From positions 1-64,000 of the forward strand of contig JAKFBS010000011.1 of assembly GCA_036677065.1 (NCBI GenBank): DNA of 64,000 bases. The letters are read 5' to 3'. Below are positions 20,601 through 28,845 of this stretch, in pieces (within the stretch, counting starts at the first letter, position 1; every line of letters begins with the position of its first letter). The DNA is from Bdellovibrio sp. GTDB lineage: Bacteria > Bdellovibrionota > Bdellovibrionia > Bdellovibrionales > Bdellovibrionaceae. The notes under the pieces are model-generated. The model was not told the DNA's origin. It did not search any database and saw nothing but the letters and a program-made list of their open reading frames with translations. Position numbers and translations under genes: made by a program.

Positions 20601-22075
20601 GCGATATTACCTTGTTTAAATTCAATTTCACCCAGTTTACCGGTGTATTCAGAGCGAAGTATTTTAATTTCACAACATTCAATAGCTTCGTTAAAAACAT
20701 GTGACGAGCGTTCATATTTGCCAATTAATAAATACGCTTCACCTAAGCGCGCCAGTACATTAGCACGACGCTGATTATTCGATATAACAAACGATAGCGC
20801 GATTTGAAAATTCTGAATAGCCAGATCGTAGCTGGCGCTGCTAAACGCCTCTTCACCCGCCTGTAGCGAGTATTTAATGGCTTTTTCAGAATCATTGGCC
20901 TGAGCACAGTGATAAGCTAATTTAAATAAATCAGGCTTGCTTTGTTTTTCTAAAAAACTGGCAATTAAACTATGATACTTTTGTGCACTCGATGAACTTA
21001 ACTGCGAAATGAGGGCTTCACGAATTTTATCATGGTTAAAACGAATCTCAGGTAAATGTGGCCCCGTAACATCAACTAAAATACGTAAATCTTTACTGGT
21101 TAATTCAGCAAAGGCTTCGTCGAGCGGCACCCCCGCAATGATTGCCAAATCGCTGATCGCTGCAGACTTACCAAACACCGCTAAATGCAATAACAAAAGC
21201 TGTTGCGTTTTGTTCAAGGCAAAAAAATGGCGGCTGATTGTTGCTGCCAGCGATGCCGTAGGTTGCGCTAGATCTTTGTTTTGCGCACTCATATCACTGG
21301 CTAAAAAATGAATCGCAAAGGGATTACCCGCTGTCAGACTTATGATGCTTTCAATTTGATGGGGGCTTGTGACTAAATTAAATTTTTGCAAATACTCAGA
21401 GGTCTCTGCCACGGTGAACGGGCGAATTTCAATATGATCATTTAATAATTCTTTTTTTAAATACGACAATTGTTCGCTGTTTTCTTTACGGCAACACACG
21501 ATCACACCAAAATGACTTGAGATATTTTTTTCTGATTCTAACCACATCTTTAAAGTTTGTTTTGATAATTCATCGGCCCACTGAAAATCATCTAAGATCA
21601 AAAGCACCGGACGATTTTCGTTAGCAATCATTGAAAATATTTTTGCCAGACAAGTGGCAATACGATTTAACGCAAAAAAGTTTAATCCACCGTCGGTGCT
21701 GTCTTGCGAAGTTTCAGCATCAGCACGCAACAATGATATTCCCGGAAAGATGCGCGTAATGTCTTCGAAATAATACTGAATATGTTCACGCAGAGGTTTT
21801 GACCATTGATCTGAATTTAAAAGATATTTTGATAGCCCCGTTAAAATGTAGCCCGGGGTCATTGCAGACATCTGCACACCCTGGCCCGCGATCACTTCAA
21901 TTTGACTTTGAGTAATTTCAGCAAGACTTTTTTGTAAGAATAAAGTTTTACCGCCACCCGATGGAGCTTCAATAACTAATACACCACTGCCACCAGAAGC
22001 AATTTCTGAAATAAAACTTTCAAGCCTACGAGTTTCTGACTCGCGGCCGACAAACCGATTCAATGGTTTAAACAT
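17654..22075 (-). CDS. Hybrid histidine kinase with N-terminal AAA/STAND ATPase and TPR region, HisKA, HATPase_c and receiver domain
   Basis: Walker A APSGGGKT, Walker B LILDDFQWAD, TPR-like helices, H-box MSHEIRTPLN, N-box NLITNAIKFT, G-boxes DTGCGI/GTGLGL, receiver VAEDN...FLDCQMP...AKP. Confidence 0.92.
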   Translation of the reverse strand: MFKPLNRFVGRESETRRLESFISEIASGGSGVLVIEAPSGGGKTLFLQKSLAEITQSQIEVIAGQGVQMSAMTPGYILTGLSKYLLNSDQWSKPLREHIQYYFEDITRIFPGISLLRADAETSQDSTDGGLNFFALNRIATCLAKIFSMIANENRPVLLILDDFQWADELSKQTLKMWLESEKNISSHFGVIVCCRKENSEQLSYLKKELLNDHIEIRPFTVAETSEYLQKFNLVTSPHQIESIISLTAGNPFAIHFLASDMSAQNKDLAQPTASLAATISRHFFALNKTQQLLLLHLAVFGKSAAISDLAIIAGVPLDEAFAELTSKDLRILVDVTGPHLPEIRFNHDKIREALISQLSSSSAQKYHSLIASFLEKQSKPDLFKLAYHCAQANDSEKAIKYSLQAGEEAFSSASYDLAIQNFQIALSFVISNNQRRANVLARLGEAYLLIGKYERSSHVFNEAIECCEIKILRSEYTGKLGEIEFKQGNIATATALTEKALSILQVPVPKNKVVTCAFLLKEVLIQTWHTLFLKPGVRPAITGKDALTARLLSRLAYCYWFGKGAIYCGWAHIKELNAVEHFSDSLEKAQAYSEHAPVMTMIPWFERGINYAYQSMKIRESLNSRWGVGQSKGFLGTSLYGSSRYQEAEQVCSEAYDTLVKEGDMWEANTAGWHVAISLYRQGRLKEAITQSQKIFNSGKSLNDNQSAAICLGIIGKASNGQSVDIHEIEKIERLQLTDAHALAELSIAKATYLANHKKFDDALLAIENAKNIVSSQGLRQEYVTPLWPWSATILRLKIQQTFLTPSETAKSFKLLKKHTRQSLFKARFYKNNLPHALREEAYRLYYLGQRKKAMTILQKSLDFAVQQKAQWEVVNSYELWKVWGKDLPDHVQRKMAFEIDKITDADNFILPDVNRSHNEKSVGYFLNEISNIKTPRDGLEKLYHFTSHLSSLRRSVGVVEYFSNNTSHDFLPVLETSGQSYKSLTACFEESLNLREAVLAKQREQETIVILPVRRQANTYGFIYIICADELSYAEFIQEAGQIETLVRLVTSAIEQRQQHTQIQLLNQDLALRIKNAINLTEQKNMELIEAERQASLASKAKSEFLANMSHEIRTPLNGVMGTISLLKGTSLTKDQTTFLEALESSSENLLRIVNDILDLTKIEAGRQTLQNETMLVSDIVLQCCDLYRVSADKKNILLQHDIEKLDNIKVNGDALRIRQILANLITNAIKFTDQGSVLVRVTNQINAEHVQYRLEIVDTGCGIAEDDFQKLFQNFSQLDGSSKKKAAGTGLGLSICSKLVELMGGEIGLHSEKDKGSTFWFEITLKREVEQTAKSTTVKEELALQWSSPLKVLVAEDNQVNQMIIRKMLEGLNCEVTITENGEKFIEKIQQEKFDLAFLDCQMPVVDGFDACRKLRAENIKTPPIIALTAYALESDRQRCLDAGMDDYLAKPVKVEVIKSMMEKWYLKNL

Positions 22076-22137
22076 GAGTTAATTATAGATAAGTTTACTG
22101 CAGAAAATAAGAGGGGCAGACCTGATGTGTAGAAAAC

Positions 22138-22168
22138 TACAAAGCCCCCTTTAGATAGGGGCTTTGTA
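22138..22168 (-). terminator. Rho-independent terminator downstream of the metallopeptidase
   Basis: TACAAAGCCCC-N9-GGGGCTTTGTA inverted repeat followed on the minus strand by GTTTTCT. Confidence 0.75.
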
Positions 22169-22189
22169 TTGAATTTAACGTAATTTTAA

Positions 22190-23578
22190 CTACTCACTGG
22201 CTATTTGCGGTGTGTCGCCATCTGTACACGGCTCGCTAGGAACTGTCGGGTCTGAATTGGTCGGGTTCTCAGACTGACCAACTGAGACCGAAAACGCTGC
22301 GACTTTAGCCGCACTTGCATTCAGAATTTTTGCACTGTTGTTCGAAGTTGTACCGGTTGCGTAACTATTATAGTCAAAACCTGGGTTCGAAAAACGAGGT
22401 ATGCGAGTGTAAGTTCCGTAAGCCATAACGGTTCTGAATTTACCCGAAGAGTTTTCATAACCATCACTATGATTTAAGCCCATGTTATGACCTAACTCAT
22501 GCGTAAATGAAAATTGTTTAAACGCTGTCGTTTTCGTGATCGAAAAACCGGTGCTGAATGAAGATCCAACATAACCAATACCTGCAGTCGATGAATTATA
22601 ATAAGCCACCAATGAAACTAAATCGGCGCCGACTCTTTTACGTTCAGCATGAACCGCATCCCATTTACCATCGCTCGTGCCTTTTAAAGCCGACAAGTCA
22701 GATGAGAATGTGCTTTCACTTTGAGTTAAAGCCATGATTCCTACTAACCGAATGGCTAAATTCGCACCACTGGTTTGATACGCTTTATTTGAATCAGCAA
22801 TACCCATTTGAATTAAAGCTTTCATCGCATCCACGCCACCCACATTTTTTAAAGCATTGGGCGCATAGGCTACTAAGACATCCACCGTCGGAACCGCATC
22901 CATTGCCGTAACATCTTGAGCAGCCGCTTCAGTTTCCAGTGGTTGCGCAAAGTTTTGTGCGTTTTCGCCTTCTTCAGTTAAACAGTCTTCGCTGTGGTCA
23001 TGAATACTTTTAACTGTATGGGTGCCATCACCGGCAAAACGAATCTCGTAAGATTCCTGCGTTCCGTTTTCGCTAATATTGGCCGTTAACACATTATTGT
23101 TGATTACTAAAGTTACATTACTTAAGTCATCGTTATCAATTCTTCCCGTAGCTACGATGTTGTTCGCAGAATATTTCTTAACATCTTGTAATACGACGTT
23201 CACTGATTTGTTGTTCAGGAGGGGCAGATGAAAATTATTACTAGTTCTACTTAATAGACGTTGTCTCAATTGACCGACGTTAATACGAACTTGTCGTGTT
23301 GGCGTTTCATCTTGGTCATTGTTGTTTGTGTTTTCAGTATTGCTACGCACAGCAAAGTGAGTAACATCTTCAAAAAGATCATCGTTATTTTGAATATTAT
23401 TTGTATCCATTGCAGCAGCCATTGTTGTGGCTTCGCAGCTATTTGCCCCGTTCGTTGCCGAAGCAGCGTAAGGCTTGTCAGAAGATGACGAAAGTAAACA
23501 GGATTGTAATACACTCGTCAGAGTTAATGTTAATACCACGTTTCGTAAATTGTTTTTTGTTACTCTTGTGTTTTTCAT
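22190..23578 (-). CDS. Reprolysin-like (M12/metzincin) zinc metallopeptidase, probable lipoprotein
   Basis: HELGHNMGLNH zinc motif, Met-turn TVMAY, VDVLVAY start of the catalytic domain, lipobox-like LQS-C. Confidence 0.9.
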   Translation of the reverse strand: MKNTRVTKNNLRNVVLTLTLTSVLQSCLLSSSSDKPYAASATNGANSCEATTMAAAMDTNNIQNNDDLFEDVTHFAVRSNTENTNNNDQDETPTRQVRINVGQLRQRLLSRTSNNFHLPLLNNKSVNVVLQDVKKYSANNIVATGRIDNDDLSNVTLVINNNVLTANISENGTQESYEIRFAGDGTHTVKSIHDHSEDCLTEEGENAQNFAQPLETEAAAQDVTAMDAVPTVDVLVAYAPNALKNVGGVDAMKALIQMGIADSNKAYQTSGANLAIRLVGIMALTQSESTFSSDLSALKGTSDGKWDAVHAERKRVGADLVSLVAYYNSSTAGIGYVGSSFSTGFSITKTTAFKQFSFTHELGHNMGLNHSDGYENSSGKFRTVMAYGTYTRIPRFSNPGFDYNSYATGTTSNNSAKILNASAAKVAAFSVSVGQSENPTNSDPTVPSEPCTDGDTPQIASE

Positions 23579-24017
23579 GTGCAATTAGTGTTACGGGCGT
23601 TTTGCGAAATCACCAAGTCTTCGAAGAAAAACTAACCGAAGGTCTTTGCGCACATTGTTTTTTTAAATTGATAGAAGTGTAATTTAGCGAATTTAATTTC
23701 AGTGAACTAAAATATTTGCTACAATAGTTTTTATAAAATTCGCGCTTGTTTGTTTGAAAAAAATTTGCGAAGTTGCAACACCTTCACGCCGTTCTTGTTG
23801 TTAAAATCTTCACAATATTTCTTAACACCCGTTATATTTAAGTTAAGAACCCTATAAAAACCGCTACTGGTCTGAAAAATAGGGAAAATTGCCCGTGTAC
23901 AAAGTGCACAAAACCTATAAAAGAATTTTTATTTAGTACTTTTCGCTGGACGCTTTCTTTGAATTAAGGCATAAATCATTAAATAAATTCTTATTTGCAC
24001 TTAAGGGGTAAGCACCG

Positions 24018-26027
24018 GTGATCATTCAAAAACCATATAACAAGAGCTTTTTTAATGTAACTCAACTTGTACCCGTTACAGCTAAAACTCACACAACTGC
24101 TGAGCACGAGGGAATCTTTAACGAGATGCCTTTGCCAGCGTGTATGGTTGATTTAAAGAATAAAATTATTACAAAAATTAATCCGGCCCTTGAAAAGTTT
24201 TTGAATCACCGTGATCTAAAATTAAATGAATTAGATCTGGCTGTAGATCGCTTAGCTGACGGCGACTGGCTTATCAGCGAAGAATACACTGTAAAGTCAC
24301 CTAAGGGTGATTTTATCACTTATCTGTTAACATCCGGTGAACCTGTTCGCATTGGCGCTACTGAAATAAATATCCTTTATTTCAATGATGTGACGTTTTT
24401 AAAAAAAATGGAAACGGATCTTCAGCATAGCGAAGCCCGCTTTGCTAATTCACTGTTAACAGCCCATATTGGCTTATGGGATGCCGATCCCGTATCGGGC
24501 TTAACTTATATTTGCCCTCGTATGGCCAAAGACTGGGGCTTTGATCACTCACAAAACCCGGTGCAATCAACGACCATCGTGCAAGCCATTCACCCCGAAG
24601 ATCGCCCGGCAGTTTGGGCTTCAGTTGAAAAAGCCATGTTAGAAGGGCTTCCCTATCACGCTGAATACCGTGTGGTGCGCCCTGATGGATCTATTATTTG
24701 GATCGAAGGCCGTGGTGAATACATCAAAGATATCAATGGCTATCCCTTTCGTTTTTCAGGAACATCAATGAATATTACCGAGACCGTCGAAACCAAATTA
24801 AAATTAATGCAAGAACTCGAAGAACAAAAAGAGATCGTTAAGAGCTTAAAACAAATTCAACAAACAGCAGACTGCGCTCATAAAAACAAAAATGTTTTTT
24901 TAGCGAATGTCAGTCACGAAATCAGAACACCCTTAACCGCCATTTTAGGTTTTGCTGATTTACTTAAAGATGGGCCGATCTCAGAAATTGAAAAAACTCA
25001 GTTTATTGAAACGATTAGCCGCAATGGCAATACCTTGATTAAAATTATCGACGATTTATTAGATCTATCAAAAGTAGAAGCCAATTGTCTTGAACTAGAA
25101 AAAATTGAAATACCCATTCAACCGCTACTACATAGTGTCGTTCAACAATTTAAAGATAAAGCGCGCAGTAAAAATCTTTATATCTTATTAGATATCCAAA
25201 ATGAACTGCCGCACGCCATTTTGTCTGACAGTGTTCGCATCCAACAGGTTTTATCCAATTTATTAAGTAACGCCGTAAAATTCACCGATCAAGGCGGCGT
25301 TATCGTGCAAGTTAAGTCGATCATAAAAAAGCAATCAAAGACCGAAATTCAAATTCGTGTGACCGATACCGGAATTGGCTTAACCGAAGAGCAAAAAGTT
25401 CGTCTGTTTCAGCCCTATGCGCAAGCTGAATCCAGCACCACCAGAAAATTTGGCGGTACGGGTTTAGGTTTAGCCTTATCAAAACATTTGGCTCAGGCGC
25501 TAGATGGTGATCTAATTATTGAACGCTATGAAAAAGATGCGGGCTGTACGTTTACCTTTACTCTGACAGCAGAAATTCCAGCCGTTGCAAGAATCACCGC
25601 TTGTGACGCAACAAAGGCTTTACTACAGATGAATTTTGCACCGTTAGCCGGATTTAAAATTTTATTAGCTGAAGACTCATTAGATAATCAGTATTACGTT
25701 GAAAAATTCTTATCAAAAAATGGGGCTATCGTAACGGTGGCCGACAATGGTAATGAAGCTATTGAAAAATGCACCAAAGAACAATACGACGTTATTCTTA
25801 TGGATATCGAAATGCCGGTCATGGATGGCTATGAAGCCACTCGTAAACTTCGCCAATTAGGTTACAAGATGCCAATATTAGCGCTTACAGCCCATGCTAT
25901 GGCCGAAGAGCGGGGTAAAACGCGTGAAGCTGGCTGCGATGGCCACTTAACAAAACCTATTGATACACACCAGCTCTTATCTGCCTTAGAAAGCGTTTTA
26001 AAGACCTCTCTCAAAAAGAAACACTAA
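24018..26027 (+). CDS. Cytoplasmic PAS-domain hybrid histidine kinase/response regulator
   Basis: PAS/PAC (IHPEDR...EYRVVRPDGSIIWI), H-box VSHEIRTPL, NLLSNAVKFT, GTGLGL, receiver LAEDS...LMDIEMP...TKP. Confidence 0.93.
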   Translation: MIIQKPYNKSFFNVTQLVPVTAKTHTTAEHEGIFNEMPLPACMVDLKNKIITKINPALEKFLNHRDLKLNELDLAVDRLADGDWLISEEYTVKSPKGDFITYLLTSGEPVRIGATEINILYFNDVTFLKKMETDLQHSEARFANSLLTAHIGLWDADPVSGLTYICPRMAKDWGFDHSQNPVQSTTIVQAIHPEDRPAVWASVEKAMLEGLPYHAEYRVVRPDGSIIWIEGRGEYIKDINGYPFRFSGTSMNITETVETKLKLMQELEEQKEIVKSLKQIQQTADCAHKNKNVFLANVSHEIRTPLTAILGFADLLKDGPISEIEKTQFIETISRNGNTLIKIIDDLLDLSKVEANCLELEKIEIPIQPLLHSVVQQFKDKARSKNLYILLDIQNELPHAILSDSVRIQQVLSNLLSNAVKFTDQGGVIVQVKSIIKKQSKTEIQIRVTDTGIGLTEEQKVRLFQPYAQAESSTTRKFGGTGLGLALSKHLAQALDGDLIIERYEKDAGCTFTFTLTAEIPAVARITACDATKALLQMNFAPLAGFKILLAEDSLDNQYYVEKFLSKNGAIVTVADNGNEAIEKCTKEQYDVILMDIEMPVMDGYEATRKLRQLGYKMPILALTAHAMAEERGKTREAGCDGHLTKPIDTHQLLSALESVLKTSLKKKH

Positions 26028-26052
26028 TGTTATCCTTTTAACAGATTTTTTA

Positions 26053-26077
26053 TTTGTAAATACAAAATTATTTGTAT
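26053..26077. promoter_or_regulatory. Overlapping inverted repeats, candidate operator upstream of the diiron-enzyme operon
   Basis: ATACAAA-ATTA-TTTGTAT (26060-26077) overlaps TTTGTA-AA-TACAAA (26053-26066). Confidence 0.4.
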
Positions 26078-26189
26078 CATTTCGATCCTGCATATTTTTT
26101 AACACAGTCATGTTTGTTATTCTTAATCTTGGCGCTATCTAAAAAACCGGCGCTATCAACAATAACAACTAACGTGATTTGGGGTGTAA

Positions 26190-26837
26190 ATGACCGCTGT
26201 TAAAAAAATGTTTCAAGACGAAATGAATGCTGTTCAAAAAATGATTGTTGAAATGGACTGGAAAGACCCAGAGTTTTACGCCGAATGGCTGGCTCAGACT
26301 TACTTCTTTGTCTGTCACTCAACACGCATCATCGCCACCGCAGGAGTGAAGTTTCCGATAGAAAAAAATGCACTTCATAACCGGTTTTTACAGCATGCTA
26401 CCGAAGAAAAAAATCATGAAATCATCGCTATCAAAGATCTGAAACATTTAGGCCGCGATATTAAAGAGTTCTCGCCGCTTCCGGCAACACAGGCTTTTTA
26501 TCAGTCGCAATACTATTGGATCGATCAAGTTAACCCGGCATCTGTCTATGGCTATTTTTTAGTGTTAGAATGCCTGGCAATTCAATGCGGGCCGGTGTTA
26601 ATGCAAAAATTAAAACCGCATCATCCCGAAAAAAGTTTAACCTTCTTACGTATTCACGTTGAAGAAGATGAAGACCATATCAATGAACATAACGAAGTTT
26701 TAGATACTTTTAATCAAAAAGAAACTGAATACATTATCGAAAATTTAAAAGTCAGTGCTTATATGTATATACAAATTCTAAAAAGTGTTGAAGAAAAAGT
26801 TAGATCTAAGCGTTCATTCAACAAGAAATCTGCCTAA
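26190..26837 (+). CDS. Heme-oxygenase-like diiron (iron-containing redox enzyme; CADD/PqqC/TenA-fold) protein
   Basis: All-helical; metal-ligand motifs HATEEKNHE, LVLE and FLRIHVEEDEDH match the EExxH / E / HxxxDxxH pattern. Confidence 0.8.
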   Translation: MTAVKKMFQDEMNAVQKMIVEMDWKDPEFYAEWLAQTYFFVCHSTRIIATAGVKFPIEKNALHNRFLQHATEEKNHEIIAIKDLKHLGRDIKEFSPLPATQAFYQSQYYWIDQVNPASVYGYFLVLECLAIQCGPVLMQKLKPHHPEKSLTFLRIHVEEDEDHINEHNEVLDTFNQKETEYIIENLKVSAYMYIQILKSVEEKVRSKRSFNKKSA

Positions 26838-26849
26838 TTGGGTGCTTCG

Positions 26850-27572
26850 ATGAAAACAAATAGTTTATCTAATATTGATTTTACCTATCATGTGTTTTCA
26901 CCCAAAGCCTGGCGAGAAAAAAATCAGCCCGAACAAATGCAACAGGCCTTTGAAACGTGGCTAAAAGTTTGGACCGACACCTATAAAGGAAGGGATTTCG
27001 AAGTTAAAGCTGAAGAATTTATTCGCCACGATTTAATTTGCGCCGTGATGGCAAATGGTGAAGCGGCTGCAGTTCACTGTTACAGTTTTTTTGATATCGA
27101 CTCTAAACCCGATGTCAGCACTAAATATTTTCAGTTTTTTTCGCCAGAGTTTGTGAACAAGATGAAAGCTAAAAATATTCACACCGTCATGTCGATGGAA
27201 TACTTAACCGTGAATGAAAAATTTCGTTCTAGTGTAATCGGCTTTTCGCTTGGGCGTGCGCTGATCCAACTGGGTGTGCGTTTATTCGAACATTCTCCAG
27301 GGCATGCGATCGTGGCCCCGGCCAGAAAAGACGTCAAAGTTCATGAAATGGCTTATGACTGCGGTTTTACGTGCATTGAAGCGGATGTGATTCAGCGTGG
27401 ATTTGCCTGTGACATGATTGCTTATTTTAAAGGTGATCACAAAAATGTATCCGACCCATTCTTAAGCCGGATATGCGATCGTCTCTGGGATAATCGGGTG
27501 ATTTCTGAATCCATCGCTGAGCATGTTTTTGATAACGTGCCTGCCGCGATTCCTATTCGAAAAGTGGTCTAA
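26850..27572 (+). CDS. GNAT-fold acyltransferase, LuxI/FeeM (N-acyl synthase)-like
   Basis: SMEYLTVNEKFR..IGFSLGRALI (GNAT motif A) and EMAYDCGF (motif B); 240 aa with an insertion before motif A as in acyl-ACP-dependent synthases; 12 bp after the diiron enzyme gene. Confidence 0.6.
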   Translation: MKTNSLSNIDFTYHVFSPKAWREKNQPEQMQQAFETWLKVWTDTYKGRDFEVKAEEFIRHDLICAVMANGEAAAVHCYSFFDIDSKPDVSTKYFQFFSPEFVNKMKAKNIHTVMSMEYLTVNEKFRSSVIGFSLGRALIQLGVRLFEHSPGHAIVAPARKDVKVHEMAYDCGFTCIEADVIQRGFACDMIAYFKGDHKNVSDPFLSRICDRLWDNRVISESIAEHVFDNVPAAIPIRKVV

Positions 27573-28356
27573 CGTTATTCGTAAGAAATTTTTCTTCTGA
27601 AAAACGTTTTAATTCATACTCTTCTTGACGTCTTTGGCGCTCAAGTTCATCCGGGGTATTTACTAATTTTGCCGACAGGACTGCCACAAAGCAGTCCTGG
27701 GCATTATGATCTAGATCAGTCAGCGGAGCCACGAATTCTAATTTATACATAAATTCATTTTTTAAGGCTGATGCTGTTTCAACCACGGCATGCGGCGGAA
27801 TTTCTGAATGCACAATACGACGCTCAGCTAAAGCCACAGCCACATCGCCAAAGATTTTTTCGACAACTGTCGCGTCTTTACGGGCAAACAATTGATCCCA
27901 GGGTGTAGTTTCTAATTCATCTAAAGAATAACTGCATAATGAATAATAATTAAATGTGCGGTAAACCTGACGGGTTCCCATATACACTTCAACAATATGA
28001 TCGTTTTCTAAAATATTAAAAAATTCAGCCGGCGGCGCTAAACGTAATGAACGAAGCGCAAACCATAATAACTGTTTTTCTTGTACGGTATTGAAAAGTT
28101 CTTTTTGCTGTGAAGCCATCTGAAAAACATCTTTATAGATTTTCAGGCGATTTGAAATAGATGTGAACTCTGAATCATCTAACTTTAATGATTTAATATC
28201 AGCCGTATTAGAAAAAACTCTGAAAGTAGATCCAAGTTTAGCGGCCAGTTCATGCATGCGCAAAACTGTCGAACAAAACTCTTTGAATGTATTTGATAAT
28301 TCTCTTGCTGCGGGACTCGTTGAATTTCTAAGAATCGATTCCGTAACCTGAGACAT
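27553..28356 (-). CDS. Hypothetical protein with a PAS-like domain
   Basis: IVEVY...QVYRTFNYYSLCSYSLDELETTPWDQLF resembles the PAS signature N..F..(G/S)YS.EEL.G......L; SD GAGGTG before ATG 28356. Confidence 0.55.
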   Translation of the reverse strand: MSQVTESILRNSTSPAARELSNTFKEFCSTVLRMHELAAKLGSTFRVFSNTADIKSLKLDDSEFTSISNRLKIYKDVFQMASQQKELFNTVQEKQLLWFALRSLRLAPPAEFFNILENDHIVEVYMGTRQVYRTFNYYSLCSYSLDELETTPWDQLFARKDATVVEKIFGDVAVALAERRIVHSEIPPHAVVETASALKNEFMYKLEFVAPLTDLDHNAQDCFVAVLSAKLVNTPDELERQRRQEEYELKRFSEEKFLTNNVRPLFE

Positions 28357-28386
28357 AAACACCTCTTCTGAATCAAAAAAACAGAA

Positions 28387-28668
28387 TTAACTAGCTTTGG
28401 TTTTTTTCTTTTTCTTAAAGATCTTAGCTTCAATAGAACGCTTAGAATCCGAAACCATTGCCGTGACAACTTGGTCGCGACTTAATGCAAGCACGTCGAT
28501 CAAATGGTGAAAACAATGTGATGGTGGCGCACATAAACCGCGCTCCCAGTTAGAAACAAATTGCACATGCACTTTCAATGACTGAGATAATTCAGTCTGC
28601 GTAAAGCCTGCGCTTAATCTTTTTTCTTTTAAATAAACACCTAAGTTTTGAAAATCGCCTGTTTTCAT
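28387..28668 (-). CDS. XRE/Cro-C1 family helix-turn-helix transcriptional regulator
   Basis: LGVYLKEKRLSAGFTQTELSQSLKVHVQFVSNWERG is a canonical HTH_3 pattern. Confidence 0.92.
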   Translation of the reverse strand: MKTGDFQNLGVYLKEKRLSAGFTQTELSQSLKVHVQFVSNWERGLCAPPSHCFHHLIDVLALSRDQVVTAMVSDSKRSIEAKIFKKKKKTKAS

Positions 28669-28783
28669 TTATTTCGTGCCCCTATAATTACTATGATGAT
28701 TTACCGTTATACTAAAATATAATTCAGTTTAAAACACATCTTTGATATAAGTCTATTTTCAGTAAATACTTACATCACTGTCA

Positions 28784-28801
28784 ATTCTATAGACATAGAA
28801 T
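28784..28801. promoter_or_regulatory. Inverted repeat upstream of the XRE gene, candidate operator
   Basis: ATTCTAT-AGAC-ATAGAAT (7-4-7). Confidence 0.35.
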
Positions 28802-28845
28802 GTATTGTTTTTTTGTGCAAATAAAATATTATTTAAAAACTATGG

